Below, piece after piece: positions 40,893 to 50,322 of a stretch of 64,000 nt of DNA; the first letter of the stretch is position 1, and the number at the start of each line of letters is the position of its first letter. The DNA comes from a virus, in IMG/VR virus record IMGVR_UViG_3300022752_002834, positions 1 through 64,000 of that record. One strand, 5' to 3'. The position numbers and the translations under genes were made by a program. The notes beneath the pieces were generated by a model. It made no database searches. It saw nothing but the letters and a program-made list of their open reading frames with translations, and was not told where the DNA came from.

Positions 40893-41656
40893 ATCTCTAT
40901 CTCAATGTACCTTTCTGACTTTGGTGGAAACGATTTTTCGATTATACTCAAACGATCTAGGATGTCAAGTCTCAATTTTTCTCTGTCTGCTAAACAAACA
41001 GAATCAGCCAAATTTTTGATCCTAATAATTATGTAGCCTTTACTAAGAATTAATCCAGTTTTATTTACATCGGCCTTGATTTGTTTTCTTAGCTTTTCTT
41101 CTCCCCATATCGGTAAGAAGTGAGATGGACCGTCTACCTCTATTATAGTCTTGAGGCTAGGGATGTACATATCGATTTCTAGGTACTCATTTTGAATTAG
41201 ATATTTTTTATGAAATTCTACTGGATAACCGCCATTCATAATCTCTTCATAAAGAAATCTTTCTAGTTTTGATCCTTCTTTACCAGCCACCTGTATTGCT
41301 TTTATGGCAGATTCTAGCATAAGTGTTTTTTCTTGTTCGCTCATCAATTGCCATCGCTTCTTTGACTTGTCTACTTTTTCTTTGTATGTTTTATCATCCA
41401 TCTCTGACCAGTATTTCTTTATACCAGAACTAATCTTTATTTTTTCTTCTTGTGACCTAACCTTGCCCTTAGTTGGATGAATAGCCTTGCCATGTTCTAT
41501 AGCATTTTTCTGTGCTTCGCTTTTGTCTTTTAGCTCGACTCCATTTTTAATTAAAACGCGTCTAATTTTGTTTGGATATGTCTCAAAGTGTTCAGCTATC
41601 TCGTATGTACTTTTATTTTGATTAGTATACATATCAACAATCTTTTTAGCATCCAT
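40889..41656 (-). CDS. Putative homing endonuclease (HTH + NUMOD3-like + Vsr/DUF559-like nuclease)
   Basis: STYEIAEHF HTH; KGKVRSQEEKIKIS (NUMOD3-like); SKLE...IDMYIP...IEVDGPSH...GYIIIRI. Confidence 0.7.
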   Translation of the reverse strand: MDAKKIVDMYTNQNKSTYEIAEHFETYPNKIRRVLIKNGVELKDKSEAQKNAIEHGKAIHPTKGKVRSQEEKIKISSGIKKYWSEMDDKTYKEKVDKSKKRWQLMSEQEKTLMLESAIKAIQVAGKEGSKLERFLYEEIMNGGYPVEFHKKYLIQNEYLEIDMYIPSLKTIIEVDGPSHFLPIWGEEKLRKQIKADVNKTGLILSKGYIIIRIKNLADSVCLADREKLRLDILDRLSIIEKSFPPKSERYIEIEI

Positions 41657-41659
41657 ATA

Positions 41660-42100
41660 TCACCTTATTTTGTTTACTATCGACATAAAATCAACACATA
41701 GTTCTGGTTTAACGCCAGTTTTTCTGTGCATGTCTAATTGGTTAGTTTCTGTTTTGGCTACTGGGATTACGCCTTTGGACAAAAGACTCATAAGCGACAA
41801 AGTGTTTACTTTATTTTCCCAGCCATAGTAATAGTAGATTTCTATGTTATTTACTATTTTCAGTGCGCTTATTGTTGACTGAAAAGATGTTGTAATTAGT
41901 TTACCACTGAAGTTCCATATATCAGTAGAATTAAAAATACCGCATTGTATTTTGAATGGATTGAAAGCGATGTTGTCAAAAAATATGCTACAATCATCGA
42001 TTAATTTTTTATTCATACACTCATTGACCGTATCACTAATAGCTTTTAGCTGTTGAGTGTCAGCTAAATTATTGATATAGATACCCAGATTCATATTCAT
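41660..42100 (-). CDS. Hypothetical protein, last gene of the glycan operon (possible GT-fold fragment)
   Basis: Likely start 42100 with an AAGGA RBS (track start 42136). Confidence 0.55.
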   Translation of the reverse strand: MNMNLGIYINNLADTQQLKAISDTVNECMNKKLIDDCSIFFDNIAFNPFKIQCGIFNSTDIWNFSGKLITTSFQSTISALKIVNNIEIYYYYGWENKVNTLSLMSLLSKGVIPVAKTETNQLDMHRKTGVKPELCVDFMSIVNKIR

Positions 42101-42105
42101 AATCC

Positions 42106-42858
42106 TTATATATAAATGTTTTCGTAACCTAAACATTGGGAAACATAAAAGTAAAATCTTTCTAATCCATGTTCTACTTCCCCATCTGTTCTATATACGC
42201 CATGATTAAAAAATTGCTCATATACACACCCATGAGACTTCTCTACTACACCTCTTCTAATTAAAAATATATTGCCAGCAGAAAATGTAGGACATTTAAA
42301 ATCTTTGTTTCCAATATCGTATTTTGATAACAGTATTTTCTCTAATTCGTGCAACCATATCAACGTGTGCATACTTTGAACAATTTCTTTTCTATATTCA
42401 TATGAATAGGATGCATAAGTGGATAGCAATTCTTCAAATGAGGGCTGTTGTCTTTTATATTTTTCAGAACTAATGATACCACTATTATGTTGGGTAAGTA
42501 TATCCTCGCTCATATCCTTATAGACTGAAAGCATTTGCTGTAACCATCCACGCTTGTTGGGGTGTTTGTCATGACAATAAAAAATCCACGGGGTTTTCTC
42601 AAAATCATATTTAAAGCTATTGTAAAAACCGTACTGATCAGTACCACAATTGTTTACATATACGACGCGGATATCTTCAAAATTTTCTTTTGCAATGTTT
42701 AGCAAAAAATCATTGTTTGGATTATTCTCTACTAGAGAAAGATATAGTGAGCCATTGTAAAACTTAGACACTGTATCTAAAACATACTCTCCTGTTTCTC
42801 CATAATATAGGAACATATGGGCAGATACGAGATTGGGGTTCATCATAGTTTCGACCAA
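42106..42858 (-). CDS. RgpF-like (rhamnan synthesis F family) glycosyltransferase
   Basis: HMFLYY, CHDK, FSAGNIFLIR and DGEVEHGLER match the RgpF pattern (HxYY, HxK, FxAGxMFWxR, DGxxxHAxER). Confidence 0.7.
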   Translation of the reverse strand: MVETMMNPNLVSAHMFLYYGETGEYVLDTVSKFYNGSLYLSLVENNPNNDFLLNIAKENFEDIRVVYVNNCGTDQYGFYNSFKYDFEKTPWIFYCHDKHPNKRGWLQQMLSVYKDMSEDILTQHNSGIISSEKYKRQQPSFEELLSTYASYSYEYRKEIVQSMHTLIWLHELEKILLSKYDIGNKDFKCPTFSAGNIFLIRRGVVEKSHGCVYEQFFNHGVYRTDGEVEHGLERFYFYVSQCLGYENIYI

Positions 42859-43484
42859 TAATGACCAAGTTTCATTGGAACCTTTGTTGTTACGCTCGTT
42901 CCCTCGTAATGAAAGTTATCTTCAAATATTATTCTAAAGTCAACGCTAACCCTGCTTAATCCTGTTTCATTTTGCTTATTACCATGATAAAGATTAGCAC
43001 CATTCCATATGTAAAACTCACCAATCTCTGCGTTCATAGGTGAGTAATCACCCTTGTCTTCTTCACTTTCGGCCCATATGGTGTTTGAATCGAACGCTCT
43101 CGTTAACGGTAGGAATATATTGATTTCATTAGTAGAATGATTGTATGCTTTATCTTTATGCCATTTTGCAACAGCTATATTATTTGGCGCTTGAACTCTA
43201 AATGTTGGTTTAGTTTGGTATATAATATCTGATTCCGAAAAATAATTATTTGCTATATGAGCAACAAATTGTTTATATACCTCTAAAAACTCTGACGGTT
43301 CTTCCTCGTATACTTTATAGAAAATTTTATGAAATGTTGTTTGCTGGTCTTGACTTGGATCTGTGGGCATTTCTAGCTGCTTATCTAATATAGTATGAAC
43401 CAGTGATAAATCTTCTATATTAAATGCTCTTTTTACTATACTAACAAAATCAAATTGCTGTATATTGTATGAATACTTATTCAT
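42843..43484 (-). CDS. StrG-like 2OG-Fe(II) oxygenase-fold protein
   Basis: YQTKPTFRV, WHKD (HxD), INIFLPLT, LYHGN, SRVSVDFR. Confidence 0.7.
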   Translation of the reverse strand: MNKYSYNIQQFDFVSIVKRAFNIEDLSLVHTILDKQLEMPTDPSQDQQTTFHKIFYKVYEEEPSEFLEVYKQFVAHIANNYFSESDIIYQTKPTFRVQAPNNIAVAKWHKDKAYNHSTNEINIFLPLTRAFDSNTIWAESEEDKGDYSPMNAEIGEFYIWNGANLYHGNKQNETGLSRVSVDFRIIFEDNFHYEGTSVTTKVPMKLGHYWSKL

Positions 43485-44170
43485 TTTTTCTCCAATAAAC
43501 TCATCGCTGCTTTGTTAAAGTTTCCATGAAAACCAAAGGATTTATATGTATTTATATCAAATCTATTATATTGCTTTAATGGTGATGGATGTTCTACAGC
43601 AAACTGAAACGCTAAAGACAAATCTGCGAACTTTACACCCATAGCAATCATCTCTTTATACGAATAACAGCAAGCAAACCAATCCTCTGGTGTTACAAGA
43701 TCACCAGCTGGTATGTGTGGTTGAAATTGTATCCTACTATTATACTCCAGTGTCTTAGCCGAACACAAAAATTTTTTACTTCTTAACGAGAATCCACCAT
43801 TACCAACATTATTTACTACTTCGAATATCCAAGGCGCACCGATATAGTCATATTCTAAAAATTCATTTAACCATAAATCATGATCAATTACAAATCCATC
43901 GCCTTGAAATGTTAAACAATATTCTGTATCTATGTATTGTGGAAGCTGATATAAGCAAAACTTACAGTATCCTTCTTGATCTAGCTGTGGTATTTTAATT
44001 ACTTCAATATCGTGCAAGTTCATATCAATATTGGATAAAATTTTTACTTTGCCAAAGTCAATATTCTTCATGCAATATCTTGCTGCTTGTATGATTCCAA
44101 CAAGAAATTTTGCATTTCCACAAACTGAAACCAACGTTACGTCTGGTAAACTTAGTTTCCCCATACACAC
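43481..44170 (-). CDS. DUF5672-like GT-A glycosyltransferase
   Basis: FQGDGF, YDYIGAPW, VGNGGFSLRS, PEDWF and FGFH motifs. Confidence 0.8.
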   Translation of the reverse strand: MCMGKLSLPDVTLVSVCGNAKFLVGIIQAARYCMKNIDFGKVKILSNIDMNLHDIEVIKIPQLDQEGYCKFCLYQLPQYIDTEYCLTFQGDGFVIDHDLWLNEFLEYDYIGAPWIFEVVNNVGNGGFSLRSKKFLCSAKTLEYNSRIQFQPHIPAGDLVTPEDWFACCYSYKEMIAMGVKFADLSLAFQFAVEHPSPLKQYNRFDINTYKSFGFHGNFNKAAMSLLEKK

Positions 44171-44871
44171 TCCATTTTAGAAAAAACATTGTCTCCAATA
44201 TAATAAAATCTTTCAAATCCCGCTGATTTGAGATATGGATTGAGTGTTGATCCTATATCTAAATATGTATTGTTTGGTTCATACTCAGTTAGCTCATGAC
44301 ATAGAATATTACCAAAAGGTCCACAACAAAATAAGAAAATCATATTCCTTAAATCACAGGTTTTTATTAGCCATTTTGCTTCTTCTATAGTTGACCAATT
44401 ATATTGCCAAGCGTTATTAGAAACACGTATTGTTGCGAATGGCTTGAACGGAAGGTTTTCTACTTGACCATTTTCATTACAGAATAACACAACATTACGT
44501 TCTGAAAATAATGGCAATATATTTTTCACATAATACTTGTAATTACCGTTTACCCATAAATTTGCCCATGTTAATTTATTATCTTCTTGCTCGCTGAATT
44601 CCTTCATTGCTTTAAAAGTTTCCATTCCCTGACAGCATGGACACGATATACCAACATAATATCTGTCGTTTTTATACTTGAAAGACTCTATCAATTTATT
44701 TCTTTTGATTGCATCTAGTTCATTTTCTGGGTCAAACCAAAACTCTTTGTTGTCTATTTTGTGATTTTGCATGACGGCCCACTCGCCATCTGCATACTTT
44801 GAAAAACTAAAGTGGTCGTTTCTTTCTATTTTATCTTTGAAGATCTTGATATCTTTTTTGAAAGTTTTCAT
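44152..44871 (-). CDS. GT-D-fold (DUF1792-like) glycosyltransferase
   Basis: FSFSKYADGE (cf. SxxRxGDGE), LFCCGP and YLDIGS (cf. DIGH). Confidence 0.6.
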   Translation of the reverse strand: MKTFKKDIKIFKDKIERNDHFSFSKYADGEWAVMQNHKIDNKEFWFDPENELDAIKRNKLIESFKYKNDRYYVGISCPCCQGMETFKAMKEFSEQEDNKLTWANLWVNGNYKYYVKNILPLFSERNVVLFCNENGQVENLPFKPFATIRVSNNAWQYNWSTIEEAKWLIKTCDLRNMIFLFCCGPFGNILCHELTEYEPNNTYLDIGSTLNPYLKSAGFERFYYIGDNVFSKMECVWGN

Positions 44872-45857
44872 AGTATCGACTCCAAAATTTTTAATATTTT
44901 ATCGCTTGACGTTCCATCGCCATATGGACAAGCATAATCGACAAGTTCAATTTTTGTTTTATTAAATATGTCTTTTAGATGATCCGGTGAATAACACAAT
45001 TGTGAGAAAATATGCTCACCCTCTGTCCTTTCTGTTGTCTGTCTACAAACTATGCAATGTTTTTTTAAAAACGCGGACTCTTCTTGTATTCCACCACTAT
45101 CCGTTATCACCATAGAACATCTAGCCAAATAATCGACGCACTCTTCATGCGACAATGGATGTACTACTTTCACAATGTTAAAGATATTTCTATATTTTTG
45201 GATTTCTGGATTTGGATGCATAGGGAAAATAAAGTCAAGATGCCTATTCTCTTGTGCTAATTGCTCTATAGCATTGAACCACGATGAAATGTTATCTATA
45301 TTTTCTCTTCTATGCAATGTTACAAGAACAAAATTTTCTAGCGTTGGAACTTTGCTAACTAAAGAATCTAAAACTGTATTACCAACAACATATTTCTCAC
45401 CATCGTTCATTCTTATATTATGCTTATTTTCTTCTGTTGGACATAGATGAATAGATGTTAGGTTGCTTATAGCACATCTATTGAATTCTTCTGGATACGG
45501 ATTATCTATATCCCACGATCTTAAGCCAGCTTCTAAATGTATTACTGGTATTTTTCTATGAAATGAAGCTAAAGCAATAGCAAATGCTGATGTTGTGTCG
45601 CCCTGTACCATTGTATACTTAATATCTTTGAAGATATCTTCACAATGTTCTAGTATAGAAATTATGATAGAATCTAATCTATTTTTGCCATTATTTATAG
45701 ACATGAACTGTACTGGATAATCATTTATAGATTTATCTAACAAATTACTATGTTGACCCGTACACACCAATCTATATGGAATTTTTCCGTCTATCTTATC
45801 AAGAATCGGTTTTATTTTTATCCATTCTGGACGAGTTCCAAATGTTATTAATAGCAT
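44868..45857 (-). CDS. wecB: UDP-N-acetylglucosamine 2-epimerase (non-hydrolysing)
   Basis: GTRPE, TGQH, VQGDT, HLEAGLRS, PEEFNR, VGNT, TLHRREN, TDSGGIQEE, TERTE and PYGDG motifs. Confidence 0.95.
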   Translation of the reverse strand: MLLITFGTRPEWIKIKPILDKIDGKIPYRLVCTGQHSNLLDKSINDYPVQFMSINNGKNRLDSIIISILEHCEDIFKDIKYTMVQGDTTSAFAIALASFHRKIPVIHLEAGLRSWDIDNPYPEEFNRCAISNLTSIHLCPTEENKHNIRMNDGEKYVVGNTVLDSLVSKVPTLENFVLVTLHRRENIDNISSWFNAIEQLAQENRHLDFIFPMHPNPEIQKYRNIFNIVKVVHPLSHEECVDYLARCSMVITDSGGIQEESAFLKKHCIVCRQTTERTEGEHIFSQLCYSPDHLKDIFNKTKIELVDYACPYGDGTSSDKILKILESIL

Positions 45858-46597
45858 TATTGATCTTTCACCAATTTATAACCTTGTGATAAAATATGAT
45901 TCCAATATGCATTTGCTTGAATAAACCCATCTCTTGTTCTTGATGTCGCCGCCATGTCCTCACCATACTTAGAAGGATTTATAGATCCCCACATTTCTTT
46001 ATCGTCTTTTGGCTGTGGTGGAACATATGTTTTAAGTCCAAAATGTTTCTGTATAGCAAATGAAAAATGCATATCTTCTCCACCAAATGGAGGTATTTGA
46101 TATGGCATTTCTGCCCAATATGCTCTAAGCCATTCTTTTTCAAAAAACCAACAATGCCCCATAATATCGACTTGTTCAATATTCTCATTTCCACAAATAC
46201 TTTCATATTTACACGCCGGATATTGGCTATAATCGTCGCCAATCATTCTTACGCCACGACAACCAAGTAAGCCTCTGTGCGTTTGCATTGTATTTAAACA
46301 GTTTTCTATCCATTTGCTACCAAAAATAGTATCATCATCTACTATGCATACATACTTACTGTTGGCATTTAGAGCATAAGCAAATCTAGCCCATACGCCT
46401 AGATTTATATTAGAAAATGCACACGGAACACTATGAATAAAGTCGGTTGGGTAATTTTCTCGTCTAGATCCTTCATCAAAGTTAAACCAGCACATTATAG
46501 AAATATCTTTTATTGTTTGATTTTTGATAGCATCGTACTGCTCACTAATTGTGTGCGGCCTTTTGTATGAATTCATTACTACTGTGACTAAACTCAT
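45857..46597 (-). CDS. GT2-like glycosyltransferase
   Basis: VTVVMNSYKR, VDDD (DxD), VDIMGHCWF, GEDMHFS. Confidence 0.8.
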   Translation of the reverse strand: MSLVTVVMNSYKRPHTISEQYDAIKNQTIKDISIMCWFNFDEGSRRENYPTDFIHSVPCAFSNINLGVWARFAYALNANSKYVCIVDDDTIFGSKWIENCLNTMQTHRGLLGCRGVRMIGDDYSQYPACKYESICGNENIEQVDIMGHCWFFEKEWLRAYWAEMPYQIPPFGGEDMHFSFAIQKHFGLKTYVPPQPKDDKEMWGSINPSKYGEDMAATSRTRDGFIQANAYWNHILSQGYKLVKDQ

Positions 46598-47448
46598 TTT
46601 AGTTGTTCCTCTATAATTGCTTGTAGTTTATCAGTATAAACTTTGCATGGTAGTTGAGATAATAAAGATTTTGCTCTGTGTAGACAGGTATGTTTTTGCT
46701 TTATTCTTTGAGAAACACATCCAGTATCTTGATCTACACATAGACCAGATTCACCAAACAATTTCTGTAGATGAATGTCTAGGACAGATCTATCCTCTAT
46801 ATCATAGTAGACAGTCCTGCCATAGTACGCTGCATCAAAAAACGCTTGTGGTAATATGTTATTAAAGTACTTAAAAATGATTCTATTGTAGCTTGGGTAA
46901 AACTGAGTCAACTTGTGGTTTGGCATAACAATATCAGCAATATCTTCCATCTTCTGAGAATTGGATAAATAGTGATATGTTTCTCCAATCGGTTTAAGAT
47001 TTTCTGACTTGTCTACAAAGATTCCACAGTCTATATCAAACATCTTGTTGATATTGCCAAACAGCACATCAGCACCGTGCAATACAACATTGATATTTGT
47101 TTTAGAAGCTTTTAGCTGATGATCGTAGTTGTTTACAAAGAAAAATAATGGCTTTATACCATTCTCATATAGGGTGGACTCTAGTTGATTTAGGCTATCT
47201 TGCTTAAGATTAGTTACATTCACAATAATATCAATATCTTTGCATTCCTTTAAATAAGCTACAACGTCTTTTGATATTTTTGAGAAATGCGTGATAAATA
47301 AATTTGGTTGTGTAATATCAAAGGTGTCAAACATACTCATATTTGGTGGACACAAAACAGATGTACATCCGATAGAATTGAATATGGTATTTAGATATAG
47401 AGGTTCTGTTGTATGTTCAGATGAATAGTCAGATATCAAAATTTTCAT
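46594..47448 (-). CDS. Hypothetical, degenerate GT-B/CgeB-like protein
   Basis: Lies within the operon. C-terminal KHTCLHRAKSLL resembles the CgeB/GT1_2 HTYxxR motif. Confidence 0.45.
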   Translation of the reverse strand: MKILISDYSSEHTTEPLYLNTIFNSIGCTSVLCPPNMSMFDTFDITQPNLFITHFSKISKDVVAYLKECKDIDIIVNVTNLKQDSLNQLESTLYENGIKPLFFFVNNYDHQLKASKTNINVVLHGADVLFGNINKMFDIDCGIFVDKSENLKPIGETYHYLSNSQKMEDIADIVMPNHKLTQFYPSYNRIIFKYFNNILPQAFFDAAYYGRTVYYDIEDRSVLDIHLQKLFGESGLCVDQDTGCVSQRIKQKHTCLHRAKSLLSQLPCKVYTDKLQAIIEEQLK

Positions 47449-48197
47449 ACATTGTTCCCCTTAATAGAATGATACATCTTTATGTTGTTTATTTTTATCA
47501 CTTTGTTCTTATTCAACATTGATTTGACTTCGTATTTCATTTTTATTAACTCGTTGATTGACTCAAATACGAACCGTGTTTTACTGTCATATTTTGTAAC
47601 TATTTTTCTCAATGATTCTATGATTTCTAAACCATTTAGAAAGAATATTTCTGACCAAGTATTATTCGCCCCATACGACAAATGCTGTACAATTTTTTTT
47701 TCATCTATATTTAGTCCAATCTCTAGGTTTTCACATGGATCTTCTTCTATTAGAACGCATGAACAATCTGTGTCTATGTTTCTCAGGCATTCTTCGTTTA
47801 AAATTAAATTCCCATCACATACAACCACTTTGTTATTAGTGGTGTTATTTAATGATAATCGTAAACTTTCACAAGAGTTGGATACATTATGTAATTGATT
47901 CTCAACTATTCTTATTCTTTTGTCGCCATGTTCTGATCTAATATATTTACATATTTTCTCAGCATCAAATCCCACACACAATATTATCTCAAAGTTTTCA
48001 AATACATTTTGAATACATTGAATCTGTAGATCTATTAACTTTACGTCATTTATTGCGACCAAAGAAACTGGACCGTAGGACTTCATTCTATACCCAGAGC
48101 TATCGCATAGCAAAATTACAGTAATAAGATCTGGGGTGGTCTTTTCTTTTTTATCTTTTACCTTCTTTTTAGCTGATACTATGCATTTTGTTTTCAT
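47445..48197 (-). CDS. Sugar/choline-phosphate nucleotidyltransferase-like protein (LicC/NTP_transf fold, divergent)
   Basis: ILLCDSSGYRMKSYGPVSL (cf. ILAAGxGxRM...PKxL), IILCVGF, VEN..H..SNSCESLRL. Confidence 0.65.
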   Translation of the reverse strand: MKTKCIVSAKKKVKDKKEKTTPDLITVILLCDSSGYRMKSYGPVSLVAINDVKLIDLQIQCIQNVFENFEIILCVGFDAEKICKYIRSEHGDKRIRIVENQLHNVSNSCESLRLSLNNTTNNKVVVCDGNLILNEECLRNIDTDCSCVLIEEDPCENLEIGLNIDEKKIVQHLSYGANNTWSEIFFLNGLEIIESLRKIVTKYDSKTRFVFESINELIKMKYEVKSMLNKNKVIKINNIKMYHSIKGNNV

Positions 48198-48198
48198 A

Positions 48199-48936
48199 TC
48201 AAATTTCTATATATAACTTGTGTTCCTTGGATTCTTTGATAATTGTATTGACATTAGCATTATAATCATTTGTGGTGACCTTCATATTTTGAAGCTTATA
48301 AGCAACATTACTTATGCACAAATGGTTTCCATGAGATATTACTAAGAACTTACCCAAATCATCATTAACAAAGCTATTTATTTTTAACAGAATATTTTTA
48401 GATATCTCGCTCGCATCTTTCACAATCATGTGACATAGATTCTTTGTTTTTAGAACATAGTCATTTAAAAATTCATCCATATCTTGATAAACAGATATAC
48501 CGATCTGCGCTTTACACGATCTAGCTATATATTCAACGTGGCTCTTAACGGCTTCTTTTTTATCATATTTATGTGCTAGTATTATGTTAACCTTGTTTTT
48601 AAAGTACAAATACGTAGCTAAAAAGTCTAAGACGCTATCTCTATTCTGTTCAGATAAATCATTACAATCAACTATTAAATCAAATGATATTGAGGATTGG
48701 GCCACTACCTTGTTCTTGTCATCTGCCGTATATCCCTTTTCCTTATCTCTATAGTAGCAACACAGGGTATCGATGACATAAAATTCTTTATTCTCATCAT
48801 AAGCTGGTATAGCCTTTTCTCCAAATTTTGCTACTCTATCAAACTCGCACGATACCTGAGTATTGTTATCATAGATTGCAAAAGCACAATCCTTACAGTT
48901 AGTTTTGATTGATAATTCTTGTTGCTGAGATTTCAT
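48199..48936 (-). CDS. Hypothetical protein with an N-terminal Cys cluster (possibly GT-associated)
   Basis: CKDCAF...C...CCYYR; located in the glycan operon. Confidence 0.5.
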   Translation of the reverse strand: MKSQQQELSIKTNCKDCAFAIYDNNTQVSCEFDRVAKFGEKAIPAYDENKEFYVIDTLCCYYRDKEKGYTADDKNKVVAQSSISFDLIVDCNDLSEQNRDSVLDFLATYLYFKNKVNIILAHKYDKKEAVKSHVEYIARSCKAQIGISVYQDMDEFLNDYVLKTKNLCHMIVKDASEISKNILLKINSFVNDDLGKFLVISHGNHLCISNVAYKLQNMKVTTNDYNANVNTIIKESKEHKLYIEI

Positions 48937-49327
48937 AATTATTTCCTCTAAAAGTAACGGAATTTATTGTTAGGTTTTGTGACTGTATTAAATCACAAAT
49001 GTACCGTGAAGAATATACTCCCAGCTTTCCTGTAATACTCTTATTATAGTCTTCTATATCTATTTTACCGCTAATAAGGTCTTTACTTAAGGCGTATGCA
49101 TCCAATCCGCCAAGATGAATTACTGCATTGATCCTCATTTTACTTGCCATGCCACGAATAAAATCTGCTATATTTTCTTGCTTTATGCTATCTAAAGCAT
49201 CTATCGCTACTATAACTGACGCTCCATTGTTTGGAACGCTGCCCAAGTCTACAGAACCATAAACTATCGGAATAGTATTAAAGCCCTCTATAATCTTATC
49301 TAAATGTTCTGATATGTAAACTTTCAT
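48899..49327 (-). CDS. Small methyltransferase-fold-like protein (divergent)
   Basis: VIVAIDALDSI...KMRINAVIHL resembles the post-motif II/III region of class I SAM MTases. No clear GxGxG. Confidence 0.35.
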   Translation of the reverse strand: MKVYISEHLDKIIEGFNTIPIVYGSVDLGSVPNNGASVIVAIDALDSIKQENIADFIRGMASKMRINAVIHLGGLDAYALSKDLISGKIDIEDYNKSITGKLGVYSSRYICDLIQSQNLTINSVTFRGNNYEISATRIINQN

Positions 49328-50322
49328 AATTTTGATATCCCATATGTTTTGTGGAATATATTATTCCACTTATTAGTAAAAGCCTGTTCTGGAAATTTTG
49401 TTTCTATTGTTTTTCTAGCATTATTTCCAATTTGTTCCCTTAATTCAGAGTTTGATAATAAAGTAGTCAAGTATTCCTTGAGTTTATTTTCGTCATTGGA
49501 TATAAAACCATTGACCCCGTTTTGTATAATTTCTGGTATCATACATGTTGCCGTAGACACTACAGCGCACCCACAACTCATGGCTTCTAATAAAGAAGTT
49601 GGAATGGGGCTTAGTGTGGAACTATTAAAGTATACAGCACAGGTATTATATTCTAATACTAGCTCCTCTGTAGAAGATGCTGGCTTAGATAAACCCTTTG
49701 TATCTCCCACTAGTCTTGTCTTTAATCCGTCTGTTACACGCTTCCAGCCATTATAATTTAAGCAATAATCTCTATTAACAAAATCATTAGCGACCGTGAG
49801 TATATGATCTTCTTTTGTAAGGTTTAAGTTTGTGAATTGATTAGTGTCTATACCGTGATGAATGATAGCAGTATTGTTATCAATTCCCCAAGACAAAGCA
49901 GAATACTCAGATATAAACACATTCACATCGCCAACCATTGACTGCATTTGTGATAATTGCTGTCTAGAAATAGTCTGAGGCGTTGGAATAGTATGCTCTA
50001 GTGATATTATGGGAACATTTATAATTTGCTGTATTTGTTTGGCTACTTGGAATTGCCAAAACTTACTCTGTGATAATATAAAATCATAACCAATATATGG
50101 ACATACGTCGCTTTCTGGCAATGTATGATAATTTTCTGGAATGCCTACTTGAGAAGTATTCCACTTCTTTGAATCTGGTAAATGAAATGAATAGAAGTTA
50201 TGGCCGGTCTTGCAAAGCTGTGTCTCATATCTTTCATGTGTAGGAAAGGTTAAAATATTGTATTTTTCTGGAGCTTCTTTGTTGCAAGCGTCGATTATAC
50301 TTTTTGATGAGAACTTAACCAT
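49324..50322 (-). CDS. GT4 glycosyltransferase
   Basis: IHHGIDT, PIPTSLLEAMSCGCAVVST, PEIIQNGVNGF. Confidence 0.9.
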   Translation of the reverse strand: MVKFSSKSIIDACNKEAPEKYNILTFPTHERYETQLCKTGHNFYSFHLPDSKKWNTSQVGIPENYHTLPESDVCPYIGYDFILSQSKFWQFQVAKQIQQIINVPIISLEHTIPTPQTISRQQLSQMQSMVGDVNVFISEYSALSWGIDNNTAIIHHGIDTNQFTNLNLTKEDHILTVANDFVNRDYCLNYNGWKRVTDGLKTRLVGDTKGLSKPASSTEELVLEYNTCAVYFNSSTLSPIPTSLLEAMSCGCAVVSTATCMIPEIIQNGVNGFISNDENKLKEYLTTLLSNSELREQIGNNARKTIETKFPEQAFTNKWNNIFHKTYGISKL

